Shown: positions 1 through 12,691, counted from the first letter of the whole stretch. The stretch is DNA of 63,037 nt, filler included, from Octopus bimaculoides (GCF_001194135.2; 5 parts of 5 records of this genome joined end to end with filler, not necessarily neighbours in it); one strand, 5' to 3'. Program-made: numbers and translations. Notes: a model not told the origin generated them from the sequence alone.

Positions 1-75
<75 letters not shown>
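1..75. repeat. (TTA)n microsatellite
   Basis: Pure TTA run from window start, abutting the Tc1 terminal inverted repeat. Confidence 0.98.
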
Positions 76-79
<4 letters not shown>

Positions 80-1060
80 ACAACAAAAGAAACGTCGCAC
101 ACATACCAAATCGAAATCGGTTTATTAAAAGACTGCCATAGTATTGATTGAAGAGTGCTAATTAAGAAACCATTCTTTCCGATTGATAAAACGTCATTTC
201 CTGAAGCATGTTTGACGTCACATGTTGTCACGTGATGATGGAGTGTCTTGGATTCGATGAGATGCACTCAATATCTCGTGTGATCTCCGTTATTGTTGAT
301 TACCACCAGGCATCTTCTGTACATTGAATGCACCAAACGATTGATGAAAGCCATTGGGATGGCAGCACACACTGTATTAAAACTTGCAGTGAATTTTGTC
401 GCAGTTGTCGGCCTTGGACGGATATCATTTAGCCTTCCTTGGACATCATCTCACAGGTGCTCTATGGGGTTCAACTTCGGATTTAGGCAGGCCATGGCAA
501 GGTCTGGATCTTGTGCTCTTGGAGGAAGTCTATATGGGCACGGGCGTGTCGTGTTGGAAAACGTGATTCCAATGAAGGGGAAAGTATAACACAATATGAG
601 GCCTAAACATTTGATCGATGTAGCGAGCAGCTACACTCCACTGCCCCGGCTTTGGCCGATGTTTTGAATGACCACCGGTCCAAATTTTTGGTTGAGTGCG
701 ATTCCGCCCTATACCATGATACTTTGTCTTCCCCATGAGTTTTTCTCCACCACACATCCATCAGCATGACATTCAGTCTTTTTTCTCCAAACCCTAGCTC
801 TGCCATCTGCCACAGAAATACACTATCGACTTTCGTCAGGAAAGAATACAGTCCTCCACTGCTAATATCACCAGTTCTGACGTTTTTGAGACCACTGCAG
901 ACGTGTCCGTTGATGCCGATGAGGATGGAACCCCTAGCCGGACGTCGACAAGACAGACTGAAAGATCACAACCGGTGGCGAGCTGTCTCTGCAGAAATGG
1001 GTCTGTGGGGAGTCCCTATGGTCTGCCTAGCTGATTCCGTTTCCCTCCGGTTTTGCCAGT
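76..1060 (-). mobile_element. Decayed Tc1-family DNA transposon (transposase pseudogene, one TIR)
   Basis: Minus-strand translation across frameshifts gives FFPDESR...ADGRARVWR, FQHD, LPWPA..PKLNPIEHL and INRLVHSMYRRCLVVINNNGDHTRY* (stop at 268-270), the canonical Tc1 DDE motifs. The terminal ATAACAACAAAAGAAACGTCGCA at ~76-99 resembles a Tc1 TIR next to TA. The other end is missing. Confidence 0.9.
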
Positions 1061-1099
1061 TTCTACAATTGGTCCACCATGCAAGTATTAATACACATA

Positions 1100-2030
1100 A
1101 TAACAATATTAATAGCACGTAGATAAGTGCTAACTGCAAAACAAAGATCAAGCAAATACATAACTAAAGGAGGGTGTAGGGTGTAAAGTTAGTATTAAAG
1201 TGTTAAATAATCATTTCGTTGTGCGTGGAGGAGGGTAGTGAAATTGGTAAGTCCAATACTGGGAGTTTCCAATTAAATAGAAGTAGCCAATGCTAACTTA
1301 AAGTGGTCTAGTATAAACTAAAGTGAAACAAACAACAATGAGTATGGAATGGTAAAGTATGTTACAAAATACAAGCAAATTCATTCATTATTATGGTGCG
1401 AAATCAAGATACTATTAAGGGGGATATGGTAGGGGAATAAATATGTGTGCACCCTATAATCTAAATTCATGTTAAAATTTAAGAGAAGTGAACTGGCATT
1501 ATATGATTATAAGAGGGTGTAAAGGTTATATTGAGGAGTAGTAAAATGATGCAATAATATAATTTGGTTATAACGTGTGGGAGAAGGGTCTTAAAACTCA
1601 GGTGGGTTTAGTGTAAGGATTTTAATGCTGGGTTACATAAAGGGGCCTAGGTAAGTAAATCTATTAACCAAACTTTAATTGCAAAGTAGTTTAGGCCAAC
1701 ATTAAGAAACGAATTCTACTATTTCTATGGTGAAGAACTATGGGTGCCATTAATGGAGAAGACGCATATTAGATGCCTAAAATTATTTATATATAGAAAT
1801 AGCAAATTTACTCTTGTGCAGGTATGATAATTTGCTCTTCCCTTGAGTTGAGTAGTGGAAGTCTAGTTTTTCATATGAACAATTTTTCATTGATGCACAT
1901 GTTAATCCTTGTCTTTACCTATAATTTATGAGCATACTATGCTTGCATATGCATGCCCATAGTTTAACATAGGTAATATACCGGTAGTATAAGGGATACT
2001 TCTATCCCTTAGACGGTTATTTCAACCTCT
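1100..2030 (-). other. Decayed, strand-skewed sequence, probably an old LINE remnant of unknown family
   Basis: Strong C/T skew on the minus strand, many stops, no motif I can name. It replaces the 5' part of the Tc1 element. Confidence 0.25.
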
Positions 2031-2073
2031 AACACAGCTAAACATATATACATATTTATAAAGAAGCAAGTCG

Positions 2074-2160
<87 letters not shown>

Positions 2161-2399
2161 GTTTCCATTGTACAACATACTTCTGCCTGCTAGCTTTCGT
2201 TGGATTAACAAGCAAAAACTTCGAAGTCACTGACATCACTCTTGTAAAAGTTTAATAAATATATATTGTGCAAACACTGCCTAATTCTTCCGAGCTGTTT
2301 TGATCTAATATTAAGTATATATATTTAGACTGAACAACTGAATGCATCAAAGTAAAAAAACAACAACAAAAAGAACATGAAAACAAGCAACAGGCAGGT

Positions 2400-2770
2400 A
2401 CATCTAAAGTATATGCCATCCTACGGCTATCTGATGAATGTCCAAATAGTTTCGACACTTGCAAAACGAAGGTCAGTTTGAAGGCCACTCTTGCGCTTCA
2501 AAGACAAATTAAAAAACAATCTGAAGTGATGCAATATTCCCTTTTCTTCCTGGGAACACAATGCATCAGAAGGTGAAGCCTGACGCCAGTCCTACTTCTC
2601 GTCAATTTAAAGATTTGAGCAACGTTGACTCCAACATAGGGACCAAATTTGTGCAAGTATGAAGGCACTCTGGGGAAAACGACACCTTGCAAATGAAAGC
2701 CTCACCTGTCATTATGGCTTTGTGGAACAGAGCAAAACAGGCCTTGCTGTTCACTCAAGAAAACGCGTAG
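2400..2770 (+). mobile_element. RTE-clade LINE 3' fragment
   Basis: RPLLRFKDKLKNNLK*CNIPFSSWEHNAS... followed by LTCH..GF..QSKTGLAVHSRK, typical of an RTE/BovB-like C-terminus with a degenerate C2H2-like end. Confidence 0.8.
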
Positions 2771-2791
2771 TAAATAATCCACTCGAGAAAA

Positions 2792-2827
2792 ATGAGTCCT
2801 CAATTTGTTTCATTTGCTAAAAAGTTT
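2792..2827 (+). CDS. Possible start exon MSPQFVSFAKKF of an unknown gene
   Basis: AAAAATG context and a TTT|GTAAGT donor in phase 0. It directly follows an RTE tail, so it may be coincidental. Confidence 0.2.
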
Positions 2828-3369
2828 GTAAGTGCCCATAGAACGTAATTACCACTTCCTTTTACTGAAATTCAAGTAAAGTTTGCTATAACACAATTCA
2901 GGAAGAACCCTAAACCTATTCCAGGATATGTTCGATTAGTTGAATCCCCAAGGGAAGAAATCGCAACTTAAGATAATTGGGCTCCTTAAATGTTATGTCA
3001 TACACGCAAATCTCCGACACATTATAACCTTGTTATTATCAACTACCATCGTCTAGTATGTGGCGCACCATTTTGTACAAAAATCAGTTCTCATTCAAGG
3101 AGCAGCCGTTTAATAAACTGCTAGTATAAACTGCACGGTCACTATTGAACAGTATCACTTCAACTGCATATTTTGCAGGTTGATTTTCTGTGAATGACAT
3201 CTCAAAATATTTTATTGGGTGAATTAGAATATAACCATAAAATTATGAAGTTGTTATAGAGTGAATTTGCATGCACATATCAATGTTATATGAAAGCTAA
3301 ATGTAATATATTTAGTATTATGGAATATATGAATATATGGCGTGCTAAAGTCAACCCTTTTAAATAGTC

Positions 3370-3371
3370 TG

Positions 3372-3439
<68 letters not shown>

Positions 3440-3621
3440 GTACATATATACATACGTACATATATATATACGTGCATATACTTACATACATAGCTTCATA
3501 CATACACACATACATACATACGTACGTACATACATTTATTCATGTGTATGTTTGTGTATGTTTGTGTGTTTGTGTATGTTTGTGCGTGTTTGTCTATGAG
3601 TATGCTTGTGTGTATGCATGT

Positions 3622-3661
<40 letters not shown>

Positions 3662-4036
3662 ACATACTTTTGTAACTCTGATAAACGTCACATGTTTTCA
3701 AAGGATTGCAACATCTGCTACATTAACACCAGTCTTTCATCTCACACGTATCTGTTAGCAGAGAATTCATTTTCACTCGTTTTCTTTCTTCTATCTTCAT
3801 AACACATTTCTCTCCCTCTCCCCCTCTCTCTCTCTCTCTCTCCCTCTCTCTCTCTCCCTCTCTCTCTCTCTCTCCCTCTCTCTCTCCCTCTCTCTCCCTC
3901 ACCTCACTTCCACTTTCTCACTTCCGTGCTTTCTCTGTTTCTCTCTTTTACTTTGTTAAAGATCTGTTTCTTACCTTCTATTCATTGCAATTTCAACCTT
4001 ATTTTCTCCATACACGCGCGCGCACGCACAAACACA

Positions 4037-4099
<63 letters not shown>

Positions 4100-4326
4100 A
4101 TTTTCAAATCTTCATGACTTTCTCTGTCTTCCTACTTCCTCTCTTCTGTCTGTCTGTCTGTCTGACTTTCTTTTTTCCCTCTCTCATTCTCTATCTTTCT
4201 GCCTGCATGTTTCTCTCTTCCTCCATCCTCTCCACTATCTGTCTGTCTTCCTCACCTTTTGTCTATCTCCGTCTCTCTCTCTCTCTATTTATTCATCTCT
4301 CTCTCTCTGTCTATCTACCTGTTTTT

Positions 4327-4397
<71 letters not shown>

Positions 4398-4490
4398 CCT
4401 ACCTACCTACCTACCTACCTACCTACCTACCTACCTATCAGTCTGTCTGTCTATCTCTGTCTCTGTCGCTCTCCTTATCTCTCTCTTCCC
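3370..4490. repeat. Compound microsatellite block (TA, TACA, CA, CT, TCTA, TACC)
   Basis: Directly visible runs; they generate the YIYI/HTHT/LSIY ORFs in the track. Confidence 0.95.
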
Positions 4491-4900
4491 TTCTGTATGG
4501 AGCTGAAACCTGGACAGTCTATATAGCTCAAGCAGACATGTTACGTGCATATAGCATGAGAGACCTGCGACAAATTATGAAAATTACACTGTTTCACAAA
4601 ATCAGAAATGATGAGATTGTACGCCGTGTTGATCTGGCTCTTATGATGGAAATCCCCATTGATAGAGATTTACGTTGGTTGGGTCACGTACACAAGGTGG
4701 AGAACAGCAGGCTTCCCAGAAAATCCTTTACTCCCAACAATGCGGAGGGAAAAGAAACCAGGTAAGACCTAGACTGAGATTCAAAGATACCGCAGAAAAG
4801 GTATAAGAAGTGGAAAGGAATCAATTATAAACCCAAGTGAAAAACCAACCAGTCTGGAGAAAGCTTATCAAGTCATGCCAAAACATGTGAATAGTTGTAG
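4488..4900 (+). mobile_element. RTE-clade LINE 3' fragment
   Basis: [11 protein letters not shown]...LRQIMKI...IRNDEIVRR...LRWLGHVHKVENSRLPRK...GRPRLRFKD, a classic post-RT RTE region. Confidence 0.92.
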
Positions 4901-5400
4901 TCACAACGACAGACTGCGGATACTTGCGAAAGTAAAGGCTTACAGTATCCTTGGTCGTTTTTGTTATCTATACGCGACATCTCAGCTAATGACACCGTCT
5001 TGAATACTTGTTCTAGCTGGTTGATCCCTTACTCTAGACGCAGCTCACTCACTAAGCATGAATCTTATCATCTGCACTGAGGTCGAACTGTTAAATTTTA
5101 CTTCTTTCGACAAAAAAAAAAAAGACGAAAAACATGTCCATACATATAAAATGTGATTCAAAGTATATTAAGGAAGCTCGCTGTAAAAATTTTACAATAA
5201 GGTCAGGAAAAGATTATTCATGCTACTAAGTCAAGCAAATTTGAATACTGTTACGAAGTGAAAGTTATTTGTACTTATGAAACCCTAGTTATTTCTTTTA
5301 TTGGCTAACACTAACGGTAAGTAATTTACGTAGCCTGTGTTAGCTAATTGAATGTTGTAGGCTCAGCATAATTTTGGAAGAAGTGCTCCTCACAACACAT

Positions 5401-6649
5401 CAGGGTGTGGACGGTACTCAATTGCAATTTTCAACTGCTAATTTGACGCATATATTTGTTTCACATCCGTTGTTAGTTTTGTTTTTCTTTTTAAAATCAA
5501 TAACTATATGTTTTGCAGAATAATTGACTGAAAAATTTTGAAGTCCCCAATTTGTGGAAGAGGCATGGAGTTCTTGGAATCCTCGCCGTAAGAACAAACA
5601 AGGAAATTTCGGAGATCCTCAATGTCAGCGGAAGGAAGGTGGAAAAAGTCAGAAAGGAGGTAGAAAATTCAAGATTAGACTACATGGTGACAGCAGAGAT
5701 AAAAACTCATGACCGATGATCAGACACCATCAGAATGCATCAATTCGTCACTAAAATCCAGAAGATCATCAACAATGATCCCAGCGAGTCAATGTGTGCC
5801 ATTGCAAGGTAGAAAGGTGAGGATGAAAAGCTCATCAAGCTGGTGGGGCATGAGGGTACTCGCTGTGTTTAATACATGATGAGAAAGGAAAGCTTTATGT
5901 CCAAGGCGATGTAGGAAAGCTACTCAAGCACACCAAGAAGCTTTTCAATAAGTTGAAACACCCGTAGGAACCAGACATGCTGAGGTTCTTCTCCGATGAG
6001 AAGAATTTCTGTCAGATCAACTCTCAGAACAAGTGGCTCGCTATCACACCTAAGGATATGTCCAGAGTCATACAGATGAAATTTCCTGCGACAATCATAA
6101 TCTTTGGTATCGTCAACACTGAAGGTTATGTCATACCATTCCACTTCTTCCCTGAGAGACTCAAGCTAAATACCTGAGGGAGGTGATAAAGCCCAGAATG
6201 GACCATGCGGCTGCAGGAAGGCCGTACGTGTGACAGGAAGATTCTGCGCCCTACCACACCGGGTAGAAGACCCAGGCTTGGATGGCGGCAAATTTCTGCG
6301 ATCACACAACACCTGACATTCAGTCTCTCAACTAGCCTGATTGCAACCTCCTCGACCTCTTCGTGCGGATCGCGGTGGAACGAGAGACCAATAAATTCAG
6401 CTACAACGCGAAGGAGGAGTTGAGGCAAGATCGCCAGGGCCTAACACAAAGACAGAGACGAAGGTCTGTGGCCAATTCCGAGGTCACCTATAGGCTATCA
6501 ACAACGCCAAAGGCAGGTTCATCGAATTAGATCAACTGAACATGTCATGAAGACAAATTGACCCAAATTTGACGAAAATATCTCCAACATAAATGGTTTT
6601 ATTTTTTCCTTAGGCAGTCATCATGCCAACGGATACCGTATTCACCCTG
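5401..6649 (+). mobile_element. maT-family (DD37D) Tc1/mariner transposon, full-length but decayed
   Basis: TIRs CAGGGTGTGGACGGTACTC (5401-5419) and GGATACCGTATTCACCCTG followed by TA (6631-6651). Motifs FFSDEKNF, QEDSAPYHT and PDCNLLD are present, and I count exactly 37 codons between the second and third Asp in one frame. In-frame stops are present. Confidence 0.9.
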
Positions 6650-7154
6650 TATTTATATGTTCTACACAAATAAACAACAAAGGCAGCAGATGAATAAATA
6701 TAATTATACTCTACACAAGTCATGGTCATGATTTTAACCTGCATCTGATTGTGGGGCCCTGGTTCAGGAATTTCAAGGTTTGAGGCGTGCGGAATTACTT
6801 TATAGCTGTTATTGTTCCACGTCTACTCTGATCGAGAATAACAGTAATTCTCATAGTTCCAGCTGGCTTGGTGTAGAACTCAATATGCTGATGCCTCTCA
6901 ACGAAGCGTTAGTCGAGTAGAGAACGATAGTAAGCAGTGATGACAAAGGAATAAACAATTATCTAAACAAATGTATTTATCTTCCCAAATATATTTCACT
7001 TCATATTTGAAACTCTGAAGAAACTGAAGCTCATTTCTGATAGCAGTTTCAATAATTCACACATATTATTGTAATTGTTATTGTGGAGTTAGTGGAACAG
7101 CTGTAGGAAATAAATTTTTGAAATATCAAATATATTGTTTGTATACTAATTTCT

Positions 7155-7229
<75 letters not shown>

Positions 7230-7881
7230 CAAATGAAAGACGGAAGGTGGAATATACGAGAATTTATCGATAACAAAAAAATCACAGATGGAAAAAAAGA
7301 GAAACGAATACGCAACGCAGCGAAGCGTTGACAAATATGGGTGTATAAACGCCCTCAGGTAAGCTGCATGGCGCGAGTACACTCACTCATGCATGTAGCC
7401 GTGAAAATGTAAGCATACACACACGTGAGGTTTGGTACACTCATGATCAGAAAGCGAGTTAACTATCTATTTGGTGCTTGTAAGAATGGGGAAGTTAAAA
7501 GTAGATTTAAGTCATCCATACCTTAAAGTAATTTAAATTATGTTACTGGCTACTCAAAATTCATTACCATTATATTGAGCGAAAGTACATTTAGGAAAAC
7601 ATTTGTCCAAAGTAGCAAAAAATATTCCAGCGATCTTGGTTGAAACATACGAACCGAAAATCGGATTGAACTAAAATACATCTTGATTTATACATCTGTT
7701 GTTAGGCTTATTTGATCGAGTGTGGTGTACAGGATTGGAATATTCAGTGTACCGTGTCTTTGTCTATAGTTTTCGCTTAGTTTCCCGTTTGCTTTGCTTT
7801 CGTCTAACTCTTTCTTATTGTGTTCTGTCTGTCCAACCTTCGGTACATCCATGTAGCGCAACGCACGCCCTGTTTGGTTGC

Positions 7882-7952
<71 letters not shown>

Positions 7953-8341
7953 NNNNNNNNNNNNNNNNNNNNNNNNNNNNNNNNNNNNNNNNNNNNNNNN
8001 NNNNNNNNNNNNNNNNNNNNNNNNNNNNNNNNNNNNNNNNNNNNNNNNNNNNNNNNNNNNNNNNNNNNNNNNNNNNNNNNNNNNNNNNNNNNNNNNNNNN
8101 NNNNNNNNNNNNNNNNNNNNNNNNNNNNNNNNNNNNNNNNNNNNNNNNNNNNNNNNNNNNNNNNNNNNNNNNNNNNNNNNNNNNNNNNNNNNNNTACATA
8201 CATACTTCGGGCTAGGAACTTGCTTCTGGAAACAGCCCAGACACAACGGAGGTGGTTAAGTTACTGTGATTGCAATATCGTCGGCCAAGAGGAAAACTGG
8301 CCAACCATTCGACGCAATAAACGAGTATATAAGTGTGTGCT

Positions 8342-8375
<34 letters not shown>

Positions 8376-8821
8376 TGTGTGTGTGCTTGTGTGTGTGTGT
8401 GCGTGTGTGTGTGTATGTGTGTGTGTGCGTGTGTGAGTATGTGTGTGCGCGTACGCGCGTGCAACCACAAAGCTTGGTCACGTCCTTGGTTACGGTTCAT
8501 CCTAGGTTACGGGTCTTTATTCAAGATGTGACACAGTGGAATGAAATCCAGTGTGGCATGTTTGTGAAAAGAAATTCCTGACGAGTCGTTTAGGCTTGCA
8601 GTCAAAATAGGCAAGCGAAAATTACTGAGGTCCATCAAAGTCACAATTTTTCACATTAATGCACTCTGGAAATTACTTGAAGAGTACGCACAACTGCAGA
8701 ATACTTACCAACATACATACTCATACAAAGAATACGTACTTCTGTCGCAGAACACATTATCTCGAATGTGCTGGAAGATCCATTTAATATATAGCTGTAT
8801 ATATATATGTATGTATGTATG

Positions 8822-8855
<34 letters not shown>

Positions 8856-8864
8856 TCACACTTT

Positions 8865-9040
8865 TCAATTCAGTGTATGCCAGAAGGTTTGCAAATCCAA
8901 CGAAGTCCTCAAAAGACATTTTAAGATCCACAAGGAGCAGAACTTGGTGGTCCAAGTTGGAGGTGCAATCTATGTGGGTGTCTTTTCAGAACATTGTCTG
9001 GTTTAAAAAGCCACATCGGATGCCATGATGGTTCTAAGGT
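8865..9040 (+). pseudogene. Two degenerate C2H2-like fingers (probable RTE C-terminal tail or ZNF remnant)
   Basis: FQFSVCQKVCKSNEVLKRHFKIH, then after a frameshift RCNLCGCLFRTLSGLKSHIGCH. Confidence 0.6.
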
Positions 9041-9521
9041 GTAGGTACAGGAGGTGGTCAAACTCTGCATAAGGAGTAGACAACCACCATGTATGTATGT
9101 ACTCAAACACACACATGTACANNNNNNNNNNNNNNNNNNNNNNNNNNNNNNNNNNNNNNNNNNNNNNNNNNNNNNNNNNNNNNNNNNNNNNNNNNNNNNN
9201 NNNNNNNNNNNNNNNNNNNNNNNNNNNNNNNNNNNNNNNNNNNNNNNNNNNNNNNNNNNNNNNNNNNNNNNNNNNNNNNNNNNNNNNNNNNNNNNNNNNN
9301 NNNNNNNNNNNNNNNNNNNNNNNNNNNNNNNNNNNNNNNNNNNNNNNNNNNNNNNNNNNNNNNNNNNNNNNNNNNNNNNNNNNNNNNNNNNNNNNNNNNN
9401 NNNNNNNNNNNNNNNNNNNNNNNNNNNNNNNNNNNNNNNNNNNNNNNNNNNNNNNNNNNNNNNNNNNNNNNNNNNNNNNNNNNNNNNNNNNNNNNNNNNN
9501 NNNNNNNNNNNNNNNNNNNNN

Positions 9522-9556
<35 letters not shown>

Positions 9557-9672
9557 GATACACACACACGCACACACACATATATAGAAATTTACAGAAA
9601 AGCTAAAGACGAAGACAGGTGTACGAATAACAAATAGGTGTATTAGTTTAACGCTCAGAAAAGTGAGAAAGT

Positions 9673-9708
9673 CTTTTACGTTTCGCACCTACGCTCTTCA
9701 ACAGAAAG
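9673..9708 (-). ncRNA. Variant minimal hammerhead ribozyme in the Penelope terminal repeat
   Basis: CUUU-CUGUUGAAGA-GCG(UAGG)UGC-GAAACGUA-AAAG: stem I CUUU/AAAG, 3-bp stem II, palindromic ACGU stem III. The core deviates from CUGANGA. Confidence 0.5.
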
Positions 9709-10246
9709 GAATAAGAGAAAATAAACAGAGAGAGAATAAAAATATTGTGGATTAAGCGATTAAGCATGTGCGACTAGTTGGAAAAAGATGTTTGACAGGA
9801 GAGGTAGAAAGAAGGGGAAATAATAAAGTATTGGTGATCCCAAAACGAAGGTGCGCGTGCGTAATTGTGTATGTGCAAATGTATAAGTTTGTTTGTGGAT
9901 ATGGGCCATTGACTTTGACCGTGTGTGAATGTGTGCGTGTGTGTGCGTCTGTGATGTGTGGATGTGTGGATGATGTTGTGTTGGTATGCAGATGATGATG
10001 AGTGATGTGGGTGCTGAGAAGTTGTCAGTACTAGTACGTATTGAGTGGTGTGTGGTAGTGTGGCGGTTTGATGGTGTGGGGTGGGGAGGGTGTGAGAGTA
10101 AGGATGTGGGGGATGTGAGTTAAAGATGTGGGTGTGGCGTAGGAATGTAGATGTGGAGTGGAGGTGGGGTGTGAGGTGGGATGTTGATAGAAGGGTGATG
10201 GTATCAATGAAGAGAGAAGGTAGATAGGAGTGAAGAGAGGAAGTAG

Positions 10247-10350
10247 GTGTCAGATGAAGAACGGAGAAGTGTCAGATGAAGAGAGGAGAGGTGTTAGATG
10301 AAGAGAGGAGAGGTGTCAGATGAAGAGAGGAGAGGTGTCAGATGAAGAGG
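10247..10350. repeat. 22-bp minisatellite (GTGTCAGATGAAGAGAGGAGAG) x~5 inside the Penelope element
   Basis: Directly visible tandem copies immediately 3' of the GIY-YIG remnant. Confidence 0.9.
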
Positions 10351-11000
10351 AATGGATTTGGGCCAATGTGGAGCGAAGAATGAAGATCAATTCGTCTTCA
10401 CGGCGAAGGCACCTGTGCAAAGCCGAAGCCAGGTGTTGTAGTGAATGACTGGTAGAAGAGAAATGGCGCGAAACCGGGGTGTCATTGCCGAGCCTGATGT
10501 CTCGGAGGTGCTCCGCGAACCGGTCACCTAACTGGCATCCCGTTTGACCGATGTACAGAGAAGGGCAGAAAGAGNNNNNNNNNNNNNNNNNNNNNNNNNN
10601 NNNNNNNNNNNNNNNNNNNNNNNNNNNNNNNNNNNNNNNNNNNNNNNNNNNNNNNNNNNNNNNNNNNNNNNNNNNNNNNNNNNNNNNNNNNNNNNNNNNN
10701 NNNNNNNNNNNNNNNNNNNNNNNNNNNNNNNNNNNNNNNNNNNNNNNNNNNNNNNNNNNNNNNNNNNNNNNNNNNNNNNNNNNNNNNNNNNNNNNNNNNN
10801 NNNNNNNNNNNNNNNNNNNNNNNNNNNNNNNNNNNNNNNNNNNNNNNNNNNNNNNNNNNNNNNNNNNNNNNNNNNNNNNNNNNNNNNNNNNNNNNNNNNN
10901 NNNNNNNNNNNNNNNNNNNNNNNNNNNNNNNNNNNNNNNNNNNNNNNNNNNNNNNNNNNNNNNNNNNNGCAGGGAGAGAGAAGGAAGGCACGGTCCATGG

Positions 11001-11042
<42 letters not shown>

Positions 11043-11079
11043 TTGTGTGTTTGTGTGTGTATGCATATACCTATATGTG

Positions 11080-11270
11080 TGTGTCTTTGTGTCTGTGTTT
11101 GTCTCGCACTACCGCTTGACAGCTGGTATTTTATGTACCCGGTTTGGCAAAAGAGAACGATCAGGCTCATAAAAAGTACTATGATCGATTCATACGACTA
11201 GAAATTCTTCATGACGATGTCCCAGGACAACCGCAGTCTAATGGCTGAAAAAAAAAAGTAAAGGATAAAA
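11080..11270 (+). mobile_element. SINE family C (CORE-type) 3' half, diverged
   Basis: Similar to the 3' half of the full copy at 33005-33405 (GTGTCTGTGTTTGTC...CGCTTGACA...GCAGTC.AATG.CTGAAA). Confidence 0.7.
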
Positions 11271-11874
11271 TATATTTTTTATCTGTAGGAAAATCTCAAA
11301 TGAACAACATGTAGTTTCTTTAATGCCCAATGGCCCTGATGATATTTTGCTCAAAATCTCCAAAGTACACACTTATTTTATGGGATAGGTTGTAATTTCT
11401 GTTGGGGTAAGTTGAAACAATTGTAGGCTTAACTAACAATATGTTAATAAATTAATTTACATTCATTTAAACTCTCTATGTTTTACTGAATAATATTCGC
11501 TATTTATTATATATCTGTTTATACTGAAGAGATATTTCTCAACAATATATGGTATTAAACCAGTGTATCTTAGATGAAATCATACATTTAAGAGGTTAAT
11601 ATATCCTCGCAGTGTTTCTCTCTCTGTATATAGATATATGTGTGTGTGCGTGCGTGCGTATATATATATATATATATATATATATTGTATAATTTTAATT
11701 AATCCTTCAGCTATTTAATGCTTTTTGGGCCTGCAATCGTCTATATTATTGATTCTGTTATTATTATTTTTTATTGTAACACTAGATGATAATATAGTCA
11801 ATAATATCATTGTAAATATTTTCTCCTGAATTATATGCTCCGTATTGAAATTATAAATTATATATATATAATCA

Positions 11875-12292
11875 TAATTAATGGCTTTGGAATGCCACCG
11901 CCTATACACTAAAAAGTAAACATCAAATACCTACAATCCACTCTAAGTAAGTTCTCTATTTATAACTCTAGGTTGAATGCGAAGTAATGGGCAAGAAGGT
12001 TTCCAAAATTTCAGATAATTCTATATCTTAAGACTTCATGCTCTGCAATCCTCAGTAGAAATATATCGATAAACATATAAACTAGAACTACATATACATT
12101 CCTATAAATCCACTCGTAGATACCTATATATTCATGCATTTCCTGGATAGAATTCTACACAATTTTGTAAATCGACTTGCCCATTACCGCGCATCCGACC
12201 TGTGATTATAGAGAACTAATTTAGAGTGGATTGTAGGTTTTTTTACATCTACTTTTGGCGTATAGGCGCTGGCATTCCAGAGGCCTTAATTA
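11875..12292. mobile_element. MITE with long (~170 bp) imperfect terminal inverted repeats
   Basis: Left TGGAATGCCACCGCCTATAC...CCTACAATCCACTCTAA...AGTTCTCTAT...GTAATGGGCAAG mirrors right CTTGCCCATTAC...ATAGAGAACT...TTAGAGTGGATTGTAGG...GTATAGGCGCTGGCATTCCA, with TAATTAA-type flanks. Confidence 0.85.
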
Positions 12293-12691
12293 TAATTTTA
12301 TAATTATATACTTAAAAATTAATTTTACCGATATGGTCATTTTTTTATATGCTAGCCACTGATATAATCATTTTAATGACAATATCCTTTAATCTGTATG
12401 TATATATATATATATATATATNNNNNNNNNNNNNNNNNNNNNNNNNNNNNNNNNNNNNNNNNNNNNNNNNNNNNNNNNNNNNNNNNNNNNNNNNNNNNNN
12501 NNNNNNNNNNNNNNNNNNNNNNNNNNNNNNNNNNNNNNNNNNNNNNNNNNNNNNNNNNNNNNNNNNNNNNNNNNNNNNNNNNNNNNNNNNNNNNNNNNNN
12601 NNNNNNNNNNNNNNNNNNNNNNNNNNNNNNNNNNNNNNNNNNNNNNNNNNNNNNNNNNNNNNNNNNNNNNNNNNNNNNNNNNNNNNNNNNN

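Larger units (their letters stand above)
9590..10574 (-). mobile_element. Penelope-like element: GIY-YIG endonuclease remnant plus 3' UTR/terminal repeat
   Basis: YIGQTGCQLGDRFAEHLRDIR...PVSRHF...HS, a C-rich 3' UTR, and a terminal TTGAAGAGCGTAGGTGCGAAACGT motif typical of PLE ends. Confidence 0.88.

Noticed and set aside
1100-2030. Possible mitochondrial insertion (NUMT)
   Set aside because: Composition is suggestive, but I found no COX, ATP6, CYTB or ND motifs in the frames I read.
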